The translations under genes and the position numbers were made by a program. A stretch of 63,587 nt of DNA, filler included, from Octopus bimaculoides (lineage: Eukaryota), in the NCBI RefSeq assembly GCF_001194135.2. It is 7 parts of 7 records of this genome, joined end to end, with 100 filler letters (N's around TTAATTAATTAA, not from the genome) between each part and the next. Parts side by side here need not be neighbours in the genome. Positions count along the whole stretch, not along the records: positions 1 to 8,032 come from NC_068995.1; positions 8,133 to 26,841 come from NC_068988.1; 5 more parts are not named here. One strand, written 5' to 3'. Within the stretch, counting starts at the first letter, position 1. Every line of letters begins with the position of its first letter. The notes below the pieces were generated by a model. It was given only the letters and a program-made list of their open reading frames with translations, ran no database searches and had not been told where the DNA came from. Shown piece by piece: positions 1-14,277 of the stretch.

Positions 1-2415
1 TATATATATATATATGTGTGTGTGTTTGTGTATGTATCTATGTGTGTTTAGGTCCCCGCAACTTAGCATAAACAGACAGATAGCATAAGTACTAGGCTTA
101 AAGCAATTTAGTCATGGGGTCAATTTGTTCGACTAAAGATCCGTCAAGGCGATGCTCCAACAAGCACGCACTGAAATGTCTGAATCCTGTAAAAAGAACA
201 AAAGAATATATATATGAGTAAAAATAAATACAAAAAAGGTGGTTTTTTTGTATGATTGTGTATANNNNNNNNNNATATTCGTGTGTTGATTATGTGTGTA
301 CACATGTGTGGCCTCACTTGTATGACCGAAACAGGTAATATATATATATACATATATATATATATATTAGGGATAAATATCAGAATTCACAGGTAATAAC
401 TGAATTAAATTCAATTTATCAAAAATTAAAATTAAATTAAGCTGCACAGTATATAATATATAAATATATAGTTTAGAGAAAAGAAGCAAAGTTCATGAAT
501 TCATCCATAAAAATCCAAAGTCGCATATAGAAAAAAATAATAAGTAAATACACTATAAAGAAGTATAATAAAATACAAAGTAAAAATCATAAAATAATAA
601 TAATAAAACGACTACACATGTTTCATAACCAAATTATGTATAGGTATAACTTAAGTATAATCCAGACTAGGTAATACACCATTCAGCATACCATCGACGA
701 GTAGAATTTAGGGGGACGGAACATGGGCTGAATTCCATCCTATGAATGAATATATACAATAGAGACATATGATATATGTGTGTGTAAATAGATATATGTG
801 TATGTAAATATGTTCGTCTGTGTATGTACGAACTATGAACGTATGTATGTGTGCGTGTGTGTGTGTGTCTGTGTGTGTGTGTACACAAACACACGTTACA
901 CTGCTTTGTCGCTTGTGCTCTCGCTTTCACAAATAATTTGAGTCAGCGACCGTTACGAGAAAAACTATGCAATGAATTATACATGGAGAAGTTACTAATT
1001 TCATGCCGTCTACTTTCGATCTCTGGCATTGCGGTAAGGTAAATATTCAGTCTTCTGGTGGTACACAGTTCTAAAACTTCAGATCCATCAAACAAACGAG
1101 CTGCAGAGGGACATCCCTGAGAAAATGCAACTGCACTTTCTCACTGTTCAGAATGTCAACAGATGTTGCAACCTTTGCACGTGAAGCTGTGTCATTAGTC
1201 ACGACATCTCAAAGCTCGCTAAGCAAAGGATGTTGGTGACTATAATGTTAGTAATTGATTTCATTCAATGTTAGATTCTCTGATGTTTCCTCTTTTATAA
1301 CATATACGCATCGTGTTCCCGCAATAGTCTTCGTAATTCGAATATTTAGTTAGTTTAATCTGATTAATTACTCACTTCAAATGTCAACATGGAAAGGTCA
1401 TAAAATACATAATGAAAATTGCTCCAAAGTAAGTAGTTTCACTTCGTAAAGGTACTCTTACTTATACTGTGTGAATAAGTAAGAGTAATCAGAAATTTAC
1501 AAAAATATCTCATTAATCAATAATACGAAAATCTGTATATATGCATGAAATATTTTTCTGAAAATAAATGCTTTAGGATATGTTTGCGCTTCACAAATTA
1601 CACCGTCCGACGTTACACAATACACATTTAAATACAAAAGTCTTTATATTAGCCTCTATTAATTAAAATTTATATTACTGTAATCGTCCTTGTTTTTGCT
1701 AGGAAATGCAATTCAGATACACATTCTCACGTCATATATGCATTCTTCAGTACCATTCAAATTAAATTCATTCAAAATACAATGGATTTGGTAGACAGAA
1801 ACTGAAAGAATACTGTCGTATATGTGTATGTGTATATGTGCGTGTGTATGTGTGTATGTCCCCCCCCCCCGTCANNNNNNNNNNNNNNNNNNNNNNNNNN
1901 NNNNNNNNNNNNNNNNNNNNNNNNNNNNNNNNNNNNNNNNNNNNNNNNNNNNNNNNNNNNNNNNNNNNNNNNNNATGTCCATCAAATTCGAGAATAAGTA
2001 AAATCAGAGAAAAATTATTGAAACACAAAAGATTCAAATATGAACCTGGTAAGTATACATTGATGTATATAGAGAAAGCTGTACACTGCTGGTCTCGGTT
2101 GTGTTTTCTCACTTTCACAGCATGACTGTGAGATATATATTCCTCGAAATACAACGAAGAGGAAAAGATAAATTCCGAGAGATTTTGTTCATATCGTGTG
2201 TAATAATTTTCCATTTACCTTTTAAACTCAATACTGAGACTTCGGCAATATTTAAATTTACAAGAGCATTTGGTTGGAAATTTCGTGAAGATTGCGTCAC
2301 GAAGTTTAATGATGATGATGTTGATGATGATGATGATGATGATGATGATAATGATGATGGTATATTTATCGATATATCTATCTTTCTATCTCCCCCCTCT
2401 TTTTCTCTCTCATAT

Positions 2416-2495
<80 letters not shown>

Positions 2496-2569
2496 TTACA
2501 TATATACATATATACCTACACACATATATATATATATATATAAAACATACATATAAGTACACACACACT

Positions 2570-2626
<57 letters not shown>

Positions 2627-3827
2627 CATTTACATACACTCACTCAAAAATATACAAACTCAAATACACCTAAATTTAAATGCAAAGTTCAAAGTTCTCC
2701 ATATCGATTTAAGTAAACCAATGAAATTGACACGATGCGCGTGTAGCCAACGTGATGTATCTGTATGGCTCTGGCGATGCCTGCAGTTGATACAAAATTT
2801 CGTCATCTATAATTAAATAGACGTCTCGGTAAAACAATTAGTTAAGACGGGATCAATAGTACTGAATAGATTTATGAAGAGTAGACAGCAAATCTACGAT
2901 AAATGAGAGCAATTTATTTGAGATTATTTTCTGACGTTACAATTGATAATTTGGATCTACTTACAAACTTCTATTTTTCTTCTTTTTTCATTTCTATTTC
3001 TCCTGGCATTGAGTGATGTTTATCTTAATATTCGCTGATAAAATAGTTTCATAACTACCCTGTGATTCATATATAAGTATGTGTACACATACATACGTGT
3101 ACACACACACACAAACACGCACACGCGTGCACACACACACGTGCGTGTGTAGACATACACGCTTACATTCTTGTTGATATAACAAAATTAATGAACCTTT
3201 GTTTTAATACAGGACTGAAATTTGGCTATAATTGTTGAACTCCAGTTTTAATTCTACAAGACATTTTTTGTTAAGAGAAGCTTTGAATATGATAGCTCCA
3301 AGTATATAAAAATTCGGAAAGTGAAGAACAATGAATGAGAGCATGAATAAGCTCAAAAACGAAGAGAGAGAAAGAGACAGAGAGGGGAAGTGAGGGAGAA
3401 CGAAAGGAAAGAGAACGAGAGAGAGAGACAGAGAGACAGAAAGACAGAGACAGAAAGACAGAGACAGAAAAATGAATATTTAAAAGAATAAAGTATAAGA
3501 CAGATATCCGGAAAGAAGCCGTACAGGAAAATACTTGTATATTTATCAATATATGTATTAATAATGATTCTTCACTATATATACGACGGACTTCTTTCAG
3601 TTTCTGTCAGTCAAATACTCTCACAAAGCTTTGGGTGACCCGAAGCTATAGTAGGAGGCACTATCCCAAGATGTCACGGCATCATGTGGTTGGGAAGCAA
3701 GCTTCTTAGCAAGCAGCCACGCCTGTGCTTATAAGATATATACATTTGAAAAGAATCTTCGGTCATATTTCAAGATAGGAAAGAATAAATGCATATACTG
3801 AAATTTTCATTACAAATATATAGATTA

Positions 3828-4186
3828 AGGCGAAGAGCTGGCAGAATCGTTAGTATGCCGGACAAAATGCTTAGCGGCATTTCATCCGTCTTTACGTTCT
3901 GAGTTCAAATGCTGCAGAGACTGACTTTGCCTTTCATCCTTTCGGTGGTGTCGATGGAATAAATACCATTTACGCAGTGGAGTCAATGAAATCGACTATC
4001 CCGCTCCGCCAAGGTTTCAGGCTTTATGCTTGTAGTAGAAAGGGTTAAGGTGTCGAGCTGACAGTATCGTTAGCACACCGAAAACAATGCTTAGTGGACT
4101 TTCGTCCGTCTTTATGTTTTGAATTCAAATTCCACTGACGTCGACTTTGCACGTCATTCTTTCAGGAAAGATGAAACGAATACCAG
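3828..4186 (+). mobile_element. Two tandem SINE family B copies
   Basis: gagctggcagaatcgttag..ccggacaaaatgcttagcggcatttc..gagttcaaat.. repeated at about 3830 and about 4050. Confidence 0.75.
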
Positions 4187-4649
4187 NNNNNNNNNNNNNN
4201 NNNNNNNNNNNNNNNNNNNNNNNNNNNNNNNNNNNNNNNNNNNNNNNNNNNNNNNNNNNNNNNNNNNNNNNNNNNNNNNNNNNNNNNNNNNNNNNNNNNN
4301 NNNNNNNNNNNNNNNNNNNNNNNNNNNNNNNNNNNNNNNNNNNNNNNNNNNNNNNNNNNNNNNNNNNNNNNNNNNNNNNNNNNNNNNNNNNNNNNNNNNN
4401 NNNNNNNNNNNNNNNNNNNNNNNNNNNNNNNNNNNNNNNNNNNNNNNNNNNNNNNNNNNNNNNNNNNNNNNNNNNNNNNNNNNNNNNNNNNNNNNNNNNN
4501 NNNNNNNNNNNNNNNNNNNNNNNNNNNNNNNNNNNNNNNNNNNNNNNNNNNNNNNNNNNNNNNNNNNNNNNNNNNNNNNNNNNNNNNNNNNNNNNNNNNN
4601 NNNNNNNNNNNNNNNNNNNNNNNNNNNNNNNNNNNNNNNNNNNNNNNNN

Positions 4650-4720
<71 letters not shown>

Positions 4721-5157
4721 CTATCTTCGTTCTTCATTTCATTCTGATGTTCCTCGAAACCTTGTACTGCAAAATATCGCTTACTAAATTTATATATACT
4801 TAGTGCTATCATATTCCAAACTTCTCTCGGAAACAACTGTCCAGTTAATTATAAAGTGCAGTTTAATGGTCATAGGATTCCTTATTTTGTTGTGTGAAGA
4901 ACAGTATGTATATGTAAATATCTCAAGTGTATATATGAGTGTGTGTGTGTGTGTGTGTGTGTGTGTCTGTGTGTGTCTGTGTGTGCGGTATATGTACCGA
5001 ATATATAAATATATATATACACACACATGCAAGAAGTAAATAGACACCTTTAATTTTTTTTAATTTCTGATCTAAGCGTCTTAATATGTTTTCAGCGGTG
5101 TAATTATTCTTTTTTAATTCCAGGTGCCATTACATTAAACACTTGCAAAGAGTAACC

Positions 5158-5355
5158 ATGCCATGCACAAAAAATTCAACAGAACTGTTAGATTTTTAAA
5201 AACGTCGTATTGTTGGGCAATCTGAGGCTGGTCTTAGCCAGCGAAAATCTTCAAATTCCTCTTGCTACTGTTAATAGAATTATAGTGCAACTCAAATGCC
5301 AAGGAAAAGAATCAACAGATTCTCGTCTCCATCGAACTGAGCCCTCGGAAAGGTA
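5158..5355 (+). mobile_element. Tc1-like transposase N-terminal HTH relic
   Basis: MPCTKNSTELLDF*KRRIVGQSEAGLSQRK / QIPLATVNRIIVQLK..GKE..SR..EPSER, with a stop and a frameshift. Confidence 0.6.
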
Positions 5356-7814
5356 TACAATTAATTATTTATTTTGTATATTTTCATTTGTCTTGCCCGC
5401 TTATGTTCTGGTGTTTGCTGAATATTTTCTTTGTGGTTAGATCGTAGATGATCTCTTTCTAGCATATCGGATGTCCACTTAGTGGTCATCCCTTCTTATA
5501 CGCATGTGATATAATTTTTCTGAATTTTGAGATTTTTTATGTTAGGCCACTGATAGGAAAGAAGTTTCTGTTACATTTCAAAAGTGGAAGGAAAGAATGC
5601 TTCGTTGGCCTGTTAACTAATATGCTAAGGAAAATGTAATTTCCCCACTCTATTTATAACATAGTTCCTTTTATATGTCAAACTCTTGATCTTTCGAGCA
5701 TAAAATTCTTTAGATTTCAAATTAAAGAGTCGTAACTCTCATTTTTACCCTCCTCACAATTCGTAGACATCGATATTTATTTAAGGGAAATGCTGCCGAT
5801 AGTGTCTAATGAAGCCTAGTACGAGTGTCCTCTCATGCATTCCTTAAACAATGCAAAGAGCTGTGAGTCCTCTGGCCCAACACTAAAAGTTCCGACTTCC
5901 AAGTGCTCTGAATTTAAATGTATTTTCTGACCGTGAATTGATGGGAACCAATGTTGATTTCGACGAGAGAAATTCTCAGACAACATAGAATCGGCACAAG
6001 GCACCAGGAGACATTCTATCCAACACACTAATCAGTCAGCCAATTCGCCGTATTTGAGTTACAGGTTTGTCTTTCGAGCTATCCTAAATCTCATGGTGTA
6101 TTCGTCCTCTAGTTGCGAGTTACATTTAAGTCTGTTTTGAACTTTGATCTCTTTTGCTATTCTCATTGTTCTGCCGGTAATTTTCTGTTCATCCTTGAGT
6201 CGATTACTTTCAAATCATATCGAAACGATAAATTAGTAATATTGATTTATGAAGGCGTTCTTAATATATATGTTAAGAATGATAATCTGATTCTTTGCGC
6301 AGCCGTAATTAGTTCTGATCGTAATATTTACTGTTGTAGACTAATTTCTGTATTTATGAATCGAGAATCCTGTATTTAGTCCCTAACTATAGGGGAATAA
6401 GTCAATGCATTTGAAAACTTCAGAAATTTGAGAAGGTGGTGCTGTTAAAACATCGTTCTCCGTCAACTGTGAGATCGATCCATGTCTACATTCTACACGC
6501 TGTAGTAAGAAAACAGTAATCTTGGTACTGAATGCCTGCTGTTTAATGGCATTTATTCAAACACTTAAGATCCTTTTCAAAGCACTCGCACACTAGGACA
6601 GGTGCAATCCAACTCAGCGTTTGTAATATTTTCGCCGACAAAAATACGTTGACAAACGTAATCAGACCTGTACACATAAGGGTAGAATATGTATATATGT
6701 TACATAAATATCAAATATGTCGCTATCTAAGCAAATTATCATTCATGACCTACACGTTAAGATCCAGCCGCCGATAAATTTTAGTATTTTCTCTACTGGG
6801 AAATCTCCGAGGCAAACCCTTCTCATGAACATAAATATTCATGAGATACTGACATAATTTGATGCTTAGATAAAATATTAAATTTTGTAGAAAGGTCATA
6901 GCCGAATGAATCACTCATAAATTATTACTCCAGCGTATGTTGTCAATATGTTTGTCAACTTAAGAAATATATGCCTATTGTGTGGCCTAGTGTTCTTCAA
7001 ACCTACAAAACTATACTTTATTTAGTTCAGAGTCGTGTCATTCTGACAAGTGTCTGTGGTATCATTTATCTTGTAACATATATTAGAATTAATGATTTAC
7101 TATTAGAAATATCCCTTTGAGATTACTTAACCTAAAGGCACTAAAACTGTTCTCTGTAATCGTGTTTCAAATTGCAAGATATAAGATAACGTTGCCAATA
7201 TCTAGATAGAAAAATGATACAATTAGTAAATAAATCCCTTCATAACTTAAGTTGAGTGAGTGTTGTCAGTTCTAATAGTTAATTGACCAAAGATTGGAAT
7301 AAAAACAAAATTTATCAGAAGCGATTTATTCAATTAATAAGAGATCTAAATAAATAGCTCCTTCCCAGTAAATTAGATTTCGTAGAATAATACTTAATGA
7401 ATCACATTTCTGTCTGTGATCGCCATATTGTCTTTAGGTTTTTCACCTGATTCTTTAAGCTATCATTACAGCACGTGAATACATTCTGTCAGGATTTTCC
7501 CTCGGAGATTCTGGACACATATCAACAAATCAAAACTGTTAGCTATTGCTAATTAGGAACATCAGAAGAAATATATATGTACAGGTACTATCGACAATGT
7601 TTTGTACAAACAGCTGAAAAATCCCCTAGACGATTTAGCATACATAAATGCATCAATAAATTACAGCTGTTTAAAAGGTCAAATTATTTTTCTCTGAGTT
7701 TACACACACGCACAGACGTACACACGAACACATGCACATACACACACACACGCTCACACGCACATGCAGGTCTTCATACGACACTCTCATTCATACAAGC
7801 ATATATCGATATAT

Positions 7815-7979
7815 AGGCGCAGGCGTAACTGTGTGGAAAGACGCTTGCTTCCTATCCACATAGTTCCGCGTTCAGTCCCACTATGTGGCACCTAGGGCAA
7901 GTGTCTTCTACTATAAGCTCGAGCCAACAAAAGCCTCGTAAGTGGATTTGGTAGACGGAAACAGGAAAGAAGCCCATCG

Positions 7980-7980
<1 letters not shown>
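7815..7980 (+). mobile_element. SINE family A, 5' half
   Basis: aggcgcaggc...gttcagtcccact...gatttggtagacggaa, then (TA)n and the scaffold end. Confidence 0.75.
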
Positions 7981-8019
<39 letters not shown>

Positions 8020-8032
8020 TATATGTTTGTTT

Positions 8033-8132
8033 NNNNNNNNNNNNNNNNNNNNNNNNNNNNNNNNNNNNNNNNNNNNTTAATTAATTAANNNNNNNNNNNN
8101 NNNNNNNNNNNNNNNNNNNNNNNNNNNNNNNN
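8033..8132. other. Artificial scaffold linker N44-TTAATTAATTAA-N44
   Basis: An identical 100-nt structure occurs six times; the 12-mer has stops in all six frames. Confidence 0.97.
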
Positions 8133-8315
8133 GACTTACAAATATATATAACATACAGACAATTGCACTACTGGGTACTGCACACATTCTACGCAAAACA
8201 CTTTCAATACAGTAAACATAAGAGCACCACAGCAAACCACAGCACATACCCAAGGCGCACAGAACTGCGCTCGGTAGTGAAGTGAAAGCACGTTATAAAA
8301 ATAAAACTACTGAAC
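8133..8315 (+). mobile_element. Dong-type LINE 3' end, family 1 (cut by scaffold edge), followed by (AAT)n
   Basis: Near-identical reverse complement of 23231-23412. Stop TAA at 8213-8215. Confidence 0.85.
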
Positions 8316-8328
8316 AATAATAATAATA

Positions 8329-8391
<63 letters not shown>

Positions 8392-9162
8392 CCATCAAAT
8401 TCAGCTGAAGTCGACTACGTCTTTTATCCATTCGTGGTTGATAAATTAAGTACCAGTTGATTACTGGGGTTTATGCAAATGACTAGTCTCCTCCCTCAAA
8501 ATTTCAGTCTTGTCTTTAGTAAAATGAATTATTATTATTTTAATAGTAATAAAATTGAGGCACAATTAGTAACCGTTAGTAACCGTTAGTATCCGCGCCG
8601 GAGAAAATGGTTAGCAGTATGTCTTGCGGCTTCAATTCTGAATCCAAATGGCGCCGAGGTTGATATGTCTTTCATCATTTCAGTCTTGATAAATTACGTA
8701 TTAGTAGTGTATTGGTGTTGATACAATTTTCTAACCACCTCTCCGCAACAATTCGATCATTTTGCCTTTATATACAGGGTTTTAAATTTTCTCACTAGGC
8801 CATAAAATTTAGCGGAGGGTTTAGTCATTTACTTGGATCCCAGTTTGCATATAGTACTTATTTTATCAACACCAGGAAGATGAAAAGCAAAATCAACCCA
8901 AGTGGCTTTTGAACTCAGATGGATAAAACGTGCATAAGCATTTTGCCAGATGTGCTAACGATCCTGCCAGCTCGCCGCCTTGCCATCTGCTAATATTAGA
9001 AAGATTTATTTTCATTGTGAATTACTAATTTTATTGATAACTAGATGTTCTTTATCACCCTAGCACCGACCCAAGAAAATGAGCAGAAAATTTTTAACAC
9101 CGTCGGATGTGACCTTAGAATACAATGTACCAGAACAAATATTCTGAAGGCTTCTTTACATA

Positions 9163-9388
9163 TCTTATTTCTTTACTGCCCACAAGGGGCTACACACAGA
9201 GGGGACAAACAAGAACAGGCACACGGATTAAGTCGATTAAATCGACCCAATGCGTAACTGGTACTTATTTAATCGACTCCGAAAGGATGAAAGGCAAAGT
9301 CACCCTCGGCAGAATTTGAACTCAGAGCGTGAAGACAGACGAAATACCGCTAAGCATTTCGCCCGGCGTGCTAACGATTCTGCTAACT
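9163..9388 (-). mobile_element. SINE family B; further diverged copies at about 8400-8540 (+), 8570-8790 (+) and 8845-8985 (-)
   Basis: Reverse complement of the family B head and body seen at 3828 and 54072. Confidence 0.75.
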
Positions 9389-10252
9389 TACTTATCTGTC
9401 AACCCAATCGCTTCGTAATCTGTTACACAATGACTGTATTGTATTTACAACTTCCCCATCTAGAGCATCAATATGGAATATAATACGATAACGTTGTGGC
9501 AATCGAGAGAAAAGGTTCGTGAAGAATGTACAAATAGCACATATAAAAGTAAATAAGCGATTACGTAGATGGATAAACTTGGGAGAATTATACATGTATA
9601 CTCATTGTTAGATTTTCTCAACTGCTATTCCGTCAAAGGTTCAATATTTATAAGTGGATATCCACACATGTATTTATGCTCACTGAAACACGCATACATA
9701 TGCAAGATTATATACAGAAATGAATATTAGATATTTAAGGATACATCTGTTTAGGAGTATATATTTCTGATAAATTAACATTTGTAATCAAGTACCCGTG
9801 CACATCCCTCTATTTGCTTATTAATCTTAGGTGTCTCACGCAAAGAAACTCGCATATGCACACGGATGTATGTATAGGCATGTATATAGATATGTGTGTG
9901 TGTTAATGTGTGTATGTGTGTTTGTGTGTGTGTGCGTGCGTGCAGTGAACGAGAAGGCAGAAAAGACAAAAACAATGATGGGTTGTGTTCAGGATATATT
10001 GATCTTTGTATTCGTGAATTTACTTCTGTATACATACATACACACACGAACTTATATCTGTGTGTGTAAATATATATATATATATATGCAGAGAGAGAGA
10101 GAAGGAAAAAGAGAGTGAGATAGAGAGAGGCAAGCTGAAATCACTCACACACATACATACAAATATACACACATATATACATATACACGAACACACATAG
10201 ACACATAAACATATAAAGGTGGATGGATTGATATCTGAGGATGATTATATAT

Positions 10253-10287
<35 letters not shown>

Positions 10288-10782
10288 TTGTGTGTGTGTA
10301 CGTGTGTGTGTTTGGTTTTGTTTGTGCCCTTGTGTGTGTGTATGTGCACGTGTAAGCTTTGGTAGATATCTGTAGAAAAGCATGTATGTAATGTAATGAT
10401 AAAATCGATATCGTTATGAAAATATTTATTTCCGAGTTTAAAAACGAATGTAAGCTTAAATACACACACACACTCTGTCTATTTCTCTTTCTCTTTCTCC
10501 CACTCTCTTCCCCCCCCCCCCACACATTCATACACAGGCGCACACTTAATTGCATATATCCGCATGTGTGAGTGTGTGTATATACTTATGTATATATGCG
10601 TACGCACTTGAATACAGGGGCATATACACGGAAGTTAATATTGTGCGTGTATGCGCATGATTAATGTGATGAATAGTAAAATTGAGTTCGAATAATTCCC
10701 AAATGTTTATACATCCATAATTATTCAACAGCAATACTCCCCTCTCTCTCTTTCTCTCTTTCTTTCTCTCTATCTCTCTCAC

Positions 10783-10822
<40 letters not shown>

Positions 10823-10829
10823 CCTGTTT

Positions 10830-10865
<36 letters not shown>

Positions 10866-11284
10866 CTGTATGTATACACACACTGATACACACGTGCGCG
10901 TGAATGCATGTGTATACGTGTACTACGTGTCTTTATGCATAGTGTTTTCAATCACTGCGTTTCTTTTCTGCTCTTAAGCTGTATGTACATTCAGGCACGC
11001 GCAAATAATTTTAATTTCTTAGCCACAAGCAATATTTTATAGAAAGTGCAATGGGTTGTGTGGAGGATATTGTCACTTAAACTCCCCTGGTTTTACTTCG
11101 AAAATATTATATTTATAGGCACTTGAGTGATTAAATTTTAAGGAGTTGTTGCTGTCAGCGGTAAACAAAGAATGCAGCTACGTTTAGATATTTTTATATA
11201 TTAAAGTAAAAGATGTATGTGTACTGATACACATATATCGATATACGATCCACATATTCTGATCTGTTATTATGATATGTTATT

Positions 11285-11530
11285 ACCGTGTTTTTTCATT
11301 TTTCATTTTACCGTGTTTTGTCATTTTTCATTTTACCGTGTTTTGTCATTTTTCATTTTACCGTGTTTTTTCATTTTTCGNNNNNNNNNNTTGTCATTTT
11401 TCATTTTACCGTGTTTTGTCATTTTTCATTTTACCGTGTTTTTTCATTTTTCATTTTACCGTGTTTTGTCATTTTTCATTTTACCGTGTTTTGTCATTTT
11501 TCATTTTACCGTGTTTTTTCATTTTTCGTT
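11285..11530. repeat. 25-bp minisatellite (TTTTACCGTGTTTT[G/T]TCATTTTTCA)n, about 10 units, with a 10-N gap
   Basis: Read directly from the sequence. Confidence 0.95.
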
Positions 11531-12179
11531 TAACATATGATAATATCAATATTTGTATAGCTGATATATTTGATATAGTTCATTTCTATTTAACCAAAGC
11601 TATTACCAAGGACTTTCTCGTAATCGTTCTAAGTGCCACGTTTTTTCTTTTACCTTCTATCGACATTGTATATGTATAGGTGTCTTATTAAATGTGTGAT
11701 TCTGTCTATATGAGACAATGATATCATTTGAGCGTCATCAGGCTGCTCTTCCTGACCGGAGAGAGCGGCCGTGTTGATATTGTTTTCATTTTAGCTCATC
11801 ACATAACAGCGTGCAATCGTAAAATGTGGACGACCTTGTTTGTAACTTAAATTTACGCTTGGTAACAATTTCGCGCAGTAAATAACTTTAGATAACAAGG
11901 AATTCATCAGTTTTTGCGATGAAATATTTTATGAGATATATTGATTATCGGTGATTATCTAATGAATGTTTTAAAGTGAATAATTTGCTCCTGAATGCGA
12001 GGAATGTGAACACCGTAAATAAAGTGTATTTGCTTGTTTCAATCGAAATAAATGCCATAGTTGTTAAAGGCAACGGATAGCCCTGCATAGATAATTTCTT
12101 AACTGATTTCCTTCCATCTAAAATATGTCACGGTTTTGGTAGCTGATAAACACTCGAGCAATCCCATACGCCCAACTTT

Positions 12180-12510
12180 AAATCATGTCAAGGTTCATGA
12201 CTTAGTGGGTAGGGCATTTGACTCACAGCTGAAGGGCGTGACTTCAATTCCGAACGATGCGTTGTCTCCTTGATCAAAACAATTTATTTCATGCTGCTCC
12301 AATCCACACACCAAATAAAAAAGTGTTACCTGTAATTCAAAGGGGCCAGCTTCGTCATGTTCTCTGTCAAGTTGAATGTCTTTGAGATCTATGTCAAATG
12401 CACGCATGTCTGTGGAATGCTCAGCCACTTGCATATCAATTTTAAGAGGTGTCTCTTCCATTGTTCGGATCAACTGGACCCATCCTCTCCTTAACAGGTG
12501 TGCGATATTC
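12180..12510 (+). mobile_element. SINE family D variant, diverged
   Basis: Head ttagtgggtagggc..cttcaattccg; core gtctgtggaatgctcagccacttgca. Confidence 0.7.
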
Positions 12511-13091
12511 ATGGTACTTTGATATCATATTGCACCATTTTCGTAACCTAAATGGCTAATATAGTTGCTCATTGTCCCATTTGACAGACTAGCCACATAT
12601 TGGGTCTATAATCGGGATAGTACTTTGCATAGAAAAAATTACTTCTCGTCTGATGATTATGGTCATTCATAATCTACCATTAAAAAAGCATCATTCGATT
12701 GTATCTCTCGAAGATTCTAAATTCTTATGTTATATATATGTATATATATATATANNNNNNNNNNNNNNNNNNNNNNNNNNNNNNNNNNNNNNNNNNNNNN
12801 NNNNNNNNNNNNNNNNNNNNNNNNNNNNNNNNNNNNNNNNNNNNNNNNNNNNNNNNNNNNNNNNNNNNNNNNNNNNNNNNNNNNNNNNNNNNNNNNNNNN
12901 NNNNNNNNNNNNNNNNNNNNNNNNNNNNNNNNNNNNNNNNNNNNNNNNNNNNNNNNNNNNNNNNNNNNNNNNNNNNNNNNNNNNNNNNNNNNNNNNNNNN
13001 NNNNNNNNNNNNNNNNNNNNNNNNNNNNNNNNNNNNNNNNNNNNNNNNNNNNNNNNNNNNNNNNNNNNNNNNNNNNNNNNNNNNNNNNNNN

Positions 13092-13123
<32 letters not shown>

Positions 13124-13615
13124 TCACACACACACACACACAAACACACACACATACACACACTCATACACACATATATATATGTATGCAGTATGAATAT
13201 TATCACATGCCCTATATTGTAAAATGATGGGTAAACTTAGTTTACTCTAAATAATTAGTTCACACACTTATCTATAGAGGAATCATAATTGTATTGGTTC
13301 TTGCACATCTATAGTGATTCCTTTCTTCATTTCCTGGATTTAATTTCATTAATGCACCATCCTTGCTGATAAACTCTGTTGAGACATTTCATCTATTTGT
13401 TTAAATATCTTCCACGATTGAGCATCTTTGATTACAAGAGACTTCTATGCCGCGATCTTTCATCCCATTATTTCTAAATTGCATTATCTCATTTTGCAGA
13501 TAACGATGTGCATAATAAATGTTAATTACCAATACTTCGTCAATGGTTCATTAAACAACACCTGAAGCAATACTACTTAAAATGCGTAGGACGTAATCAA
13601 GTGTTCCGCACCAAA

Positions 13616-13653
<38 letters not shown>

Positions 13654-14223
13654 ATATCGTAACGTTTCATATATCATCTTTCCTTTTTAAAGGCGTTATT
13701 CTAATGAATCAAATTAAAGGTGAGAATTATATAGAGCAAGACAGTAACTCTCGAGGCGTCATACTGAGATCTAACTTCGATCCTCAAACCATGTGAGTTT
13801 ATTTTACTTACCTATTCTATGCAGTTGCTAAAGCATGATGGTTTCTTGATCCCGTTTGCATTCTATAATCCTACAAATACTTTCGCTTTGATAGTTTCAG
13901 TGACAAAATGTGTCTCAGTCGTGTATTCATTAATCATATTGAAGCAACTAAATTTTATTTCGAAAAATCCAGGTTGACGTATGTCAGGTTAACTTGGACT
14001 CGAAACATTTATCCAAGTTTGTGGCAGACTTTATCGATTCATCAGATGGATTCAATAGGTATTTCGTTTCATCTTTTCGAAATTTGTACAAATTAGGGGA
14101 TCCTGAAAAGGATATCCTTGTAATATTAATAGAAAAAGCTGAGAAAAATATGTCACATCATATTCGGAGGTTGAAGGAGATGTGTATAATCGATTTAAGG
14201 ATTTAGTTCGTGCATATATATGC

Positions 14224-14277
<54 letters not shown>

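Noticed and set aside
5816-6028. 70-aa minus ORF (HWFPSIHGQKIHL..)
   Set aside because: No recognisable motif and no convincing splice sites; the length is within chance expectation.
8077-8088. TTAATTAATTAA as a biological motif (PacI or homeodomain site)
   Set aside because: It is always centred between exactly 44 Ns on each side; it is an artificial spacer.
11285-11530. CRISPR array
   Set aside because: Contiguous tandem units with no unique spacers, no cas genes, and a eukaryotic context.
12060-12074. RFX X-box-like GTTGTTAAAGGCAAC
   Set aside because: Weak match, on a different scaffold from CC2D2A, and with no promoter evidence.
12645-12685. Hammerhead at CTGATGA-TTATG-loop-CATAA
   Set aside because: The GAAA box and stem III are missing downstream.
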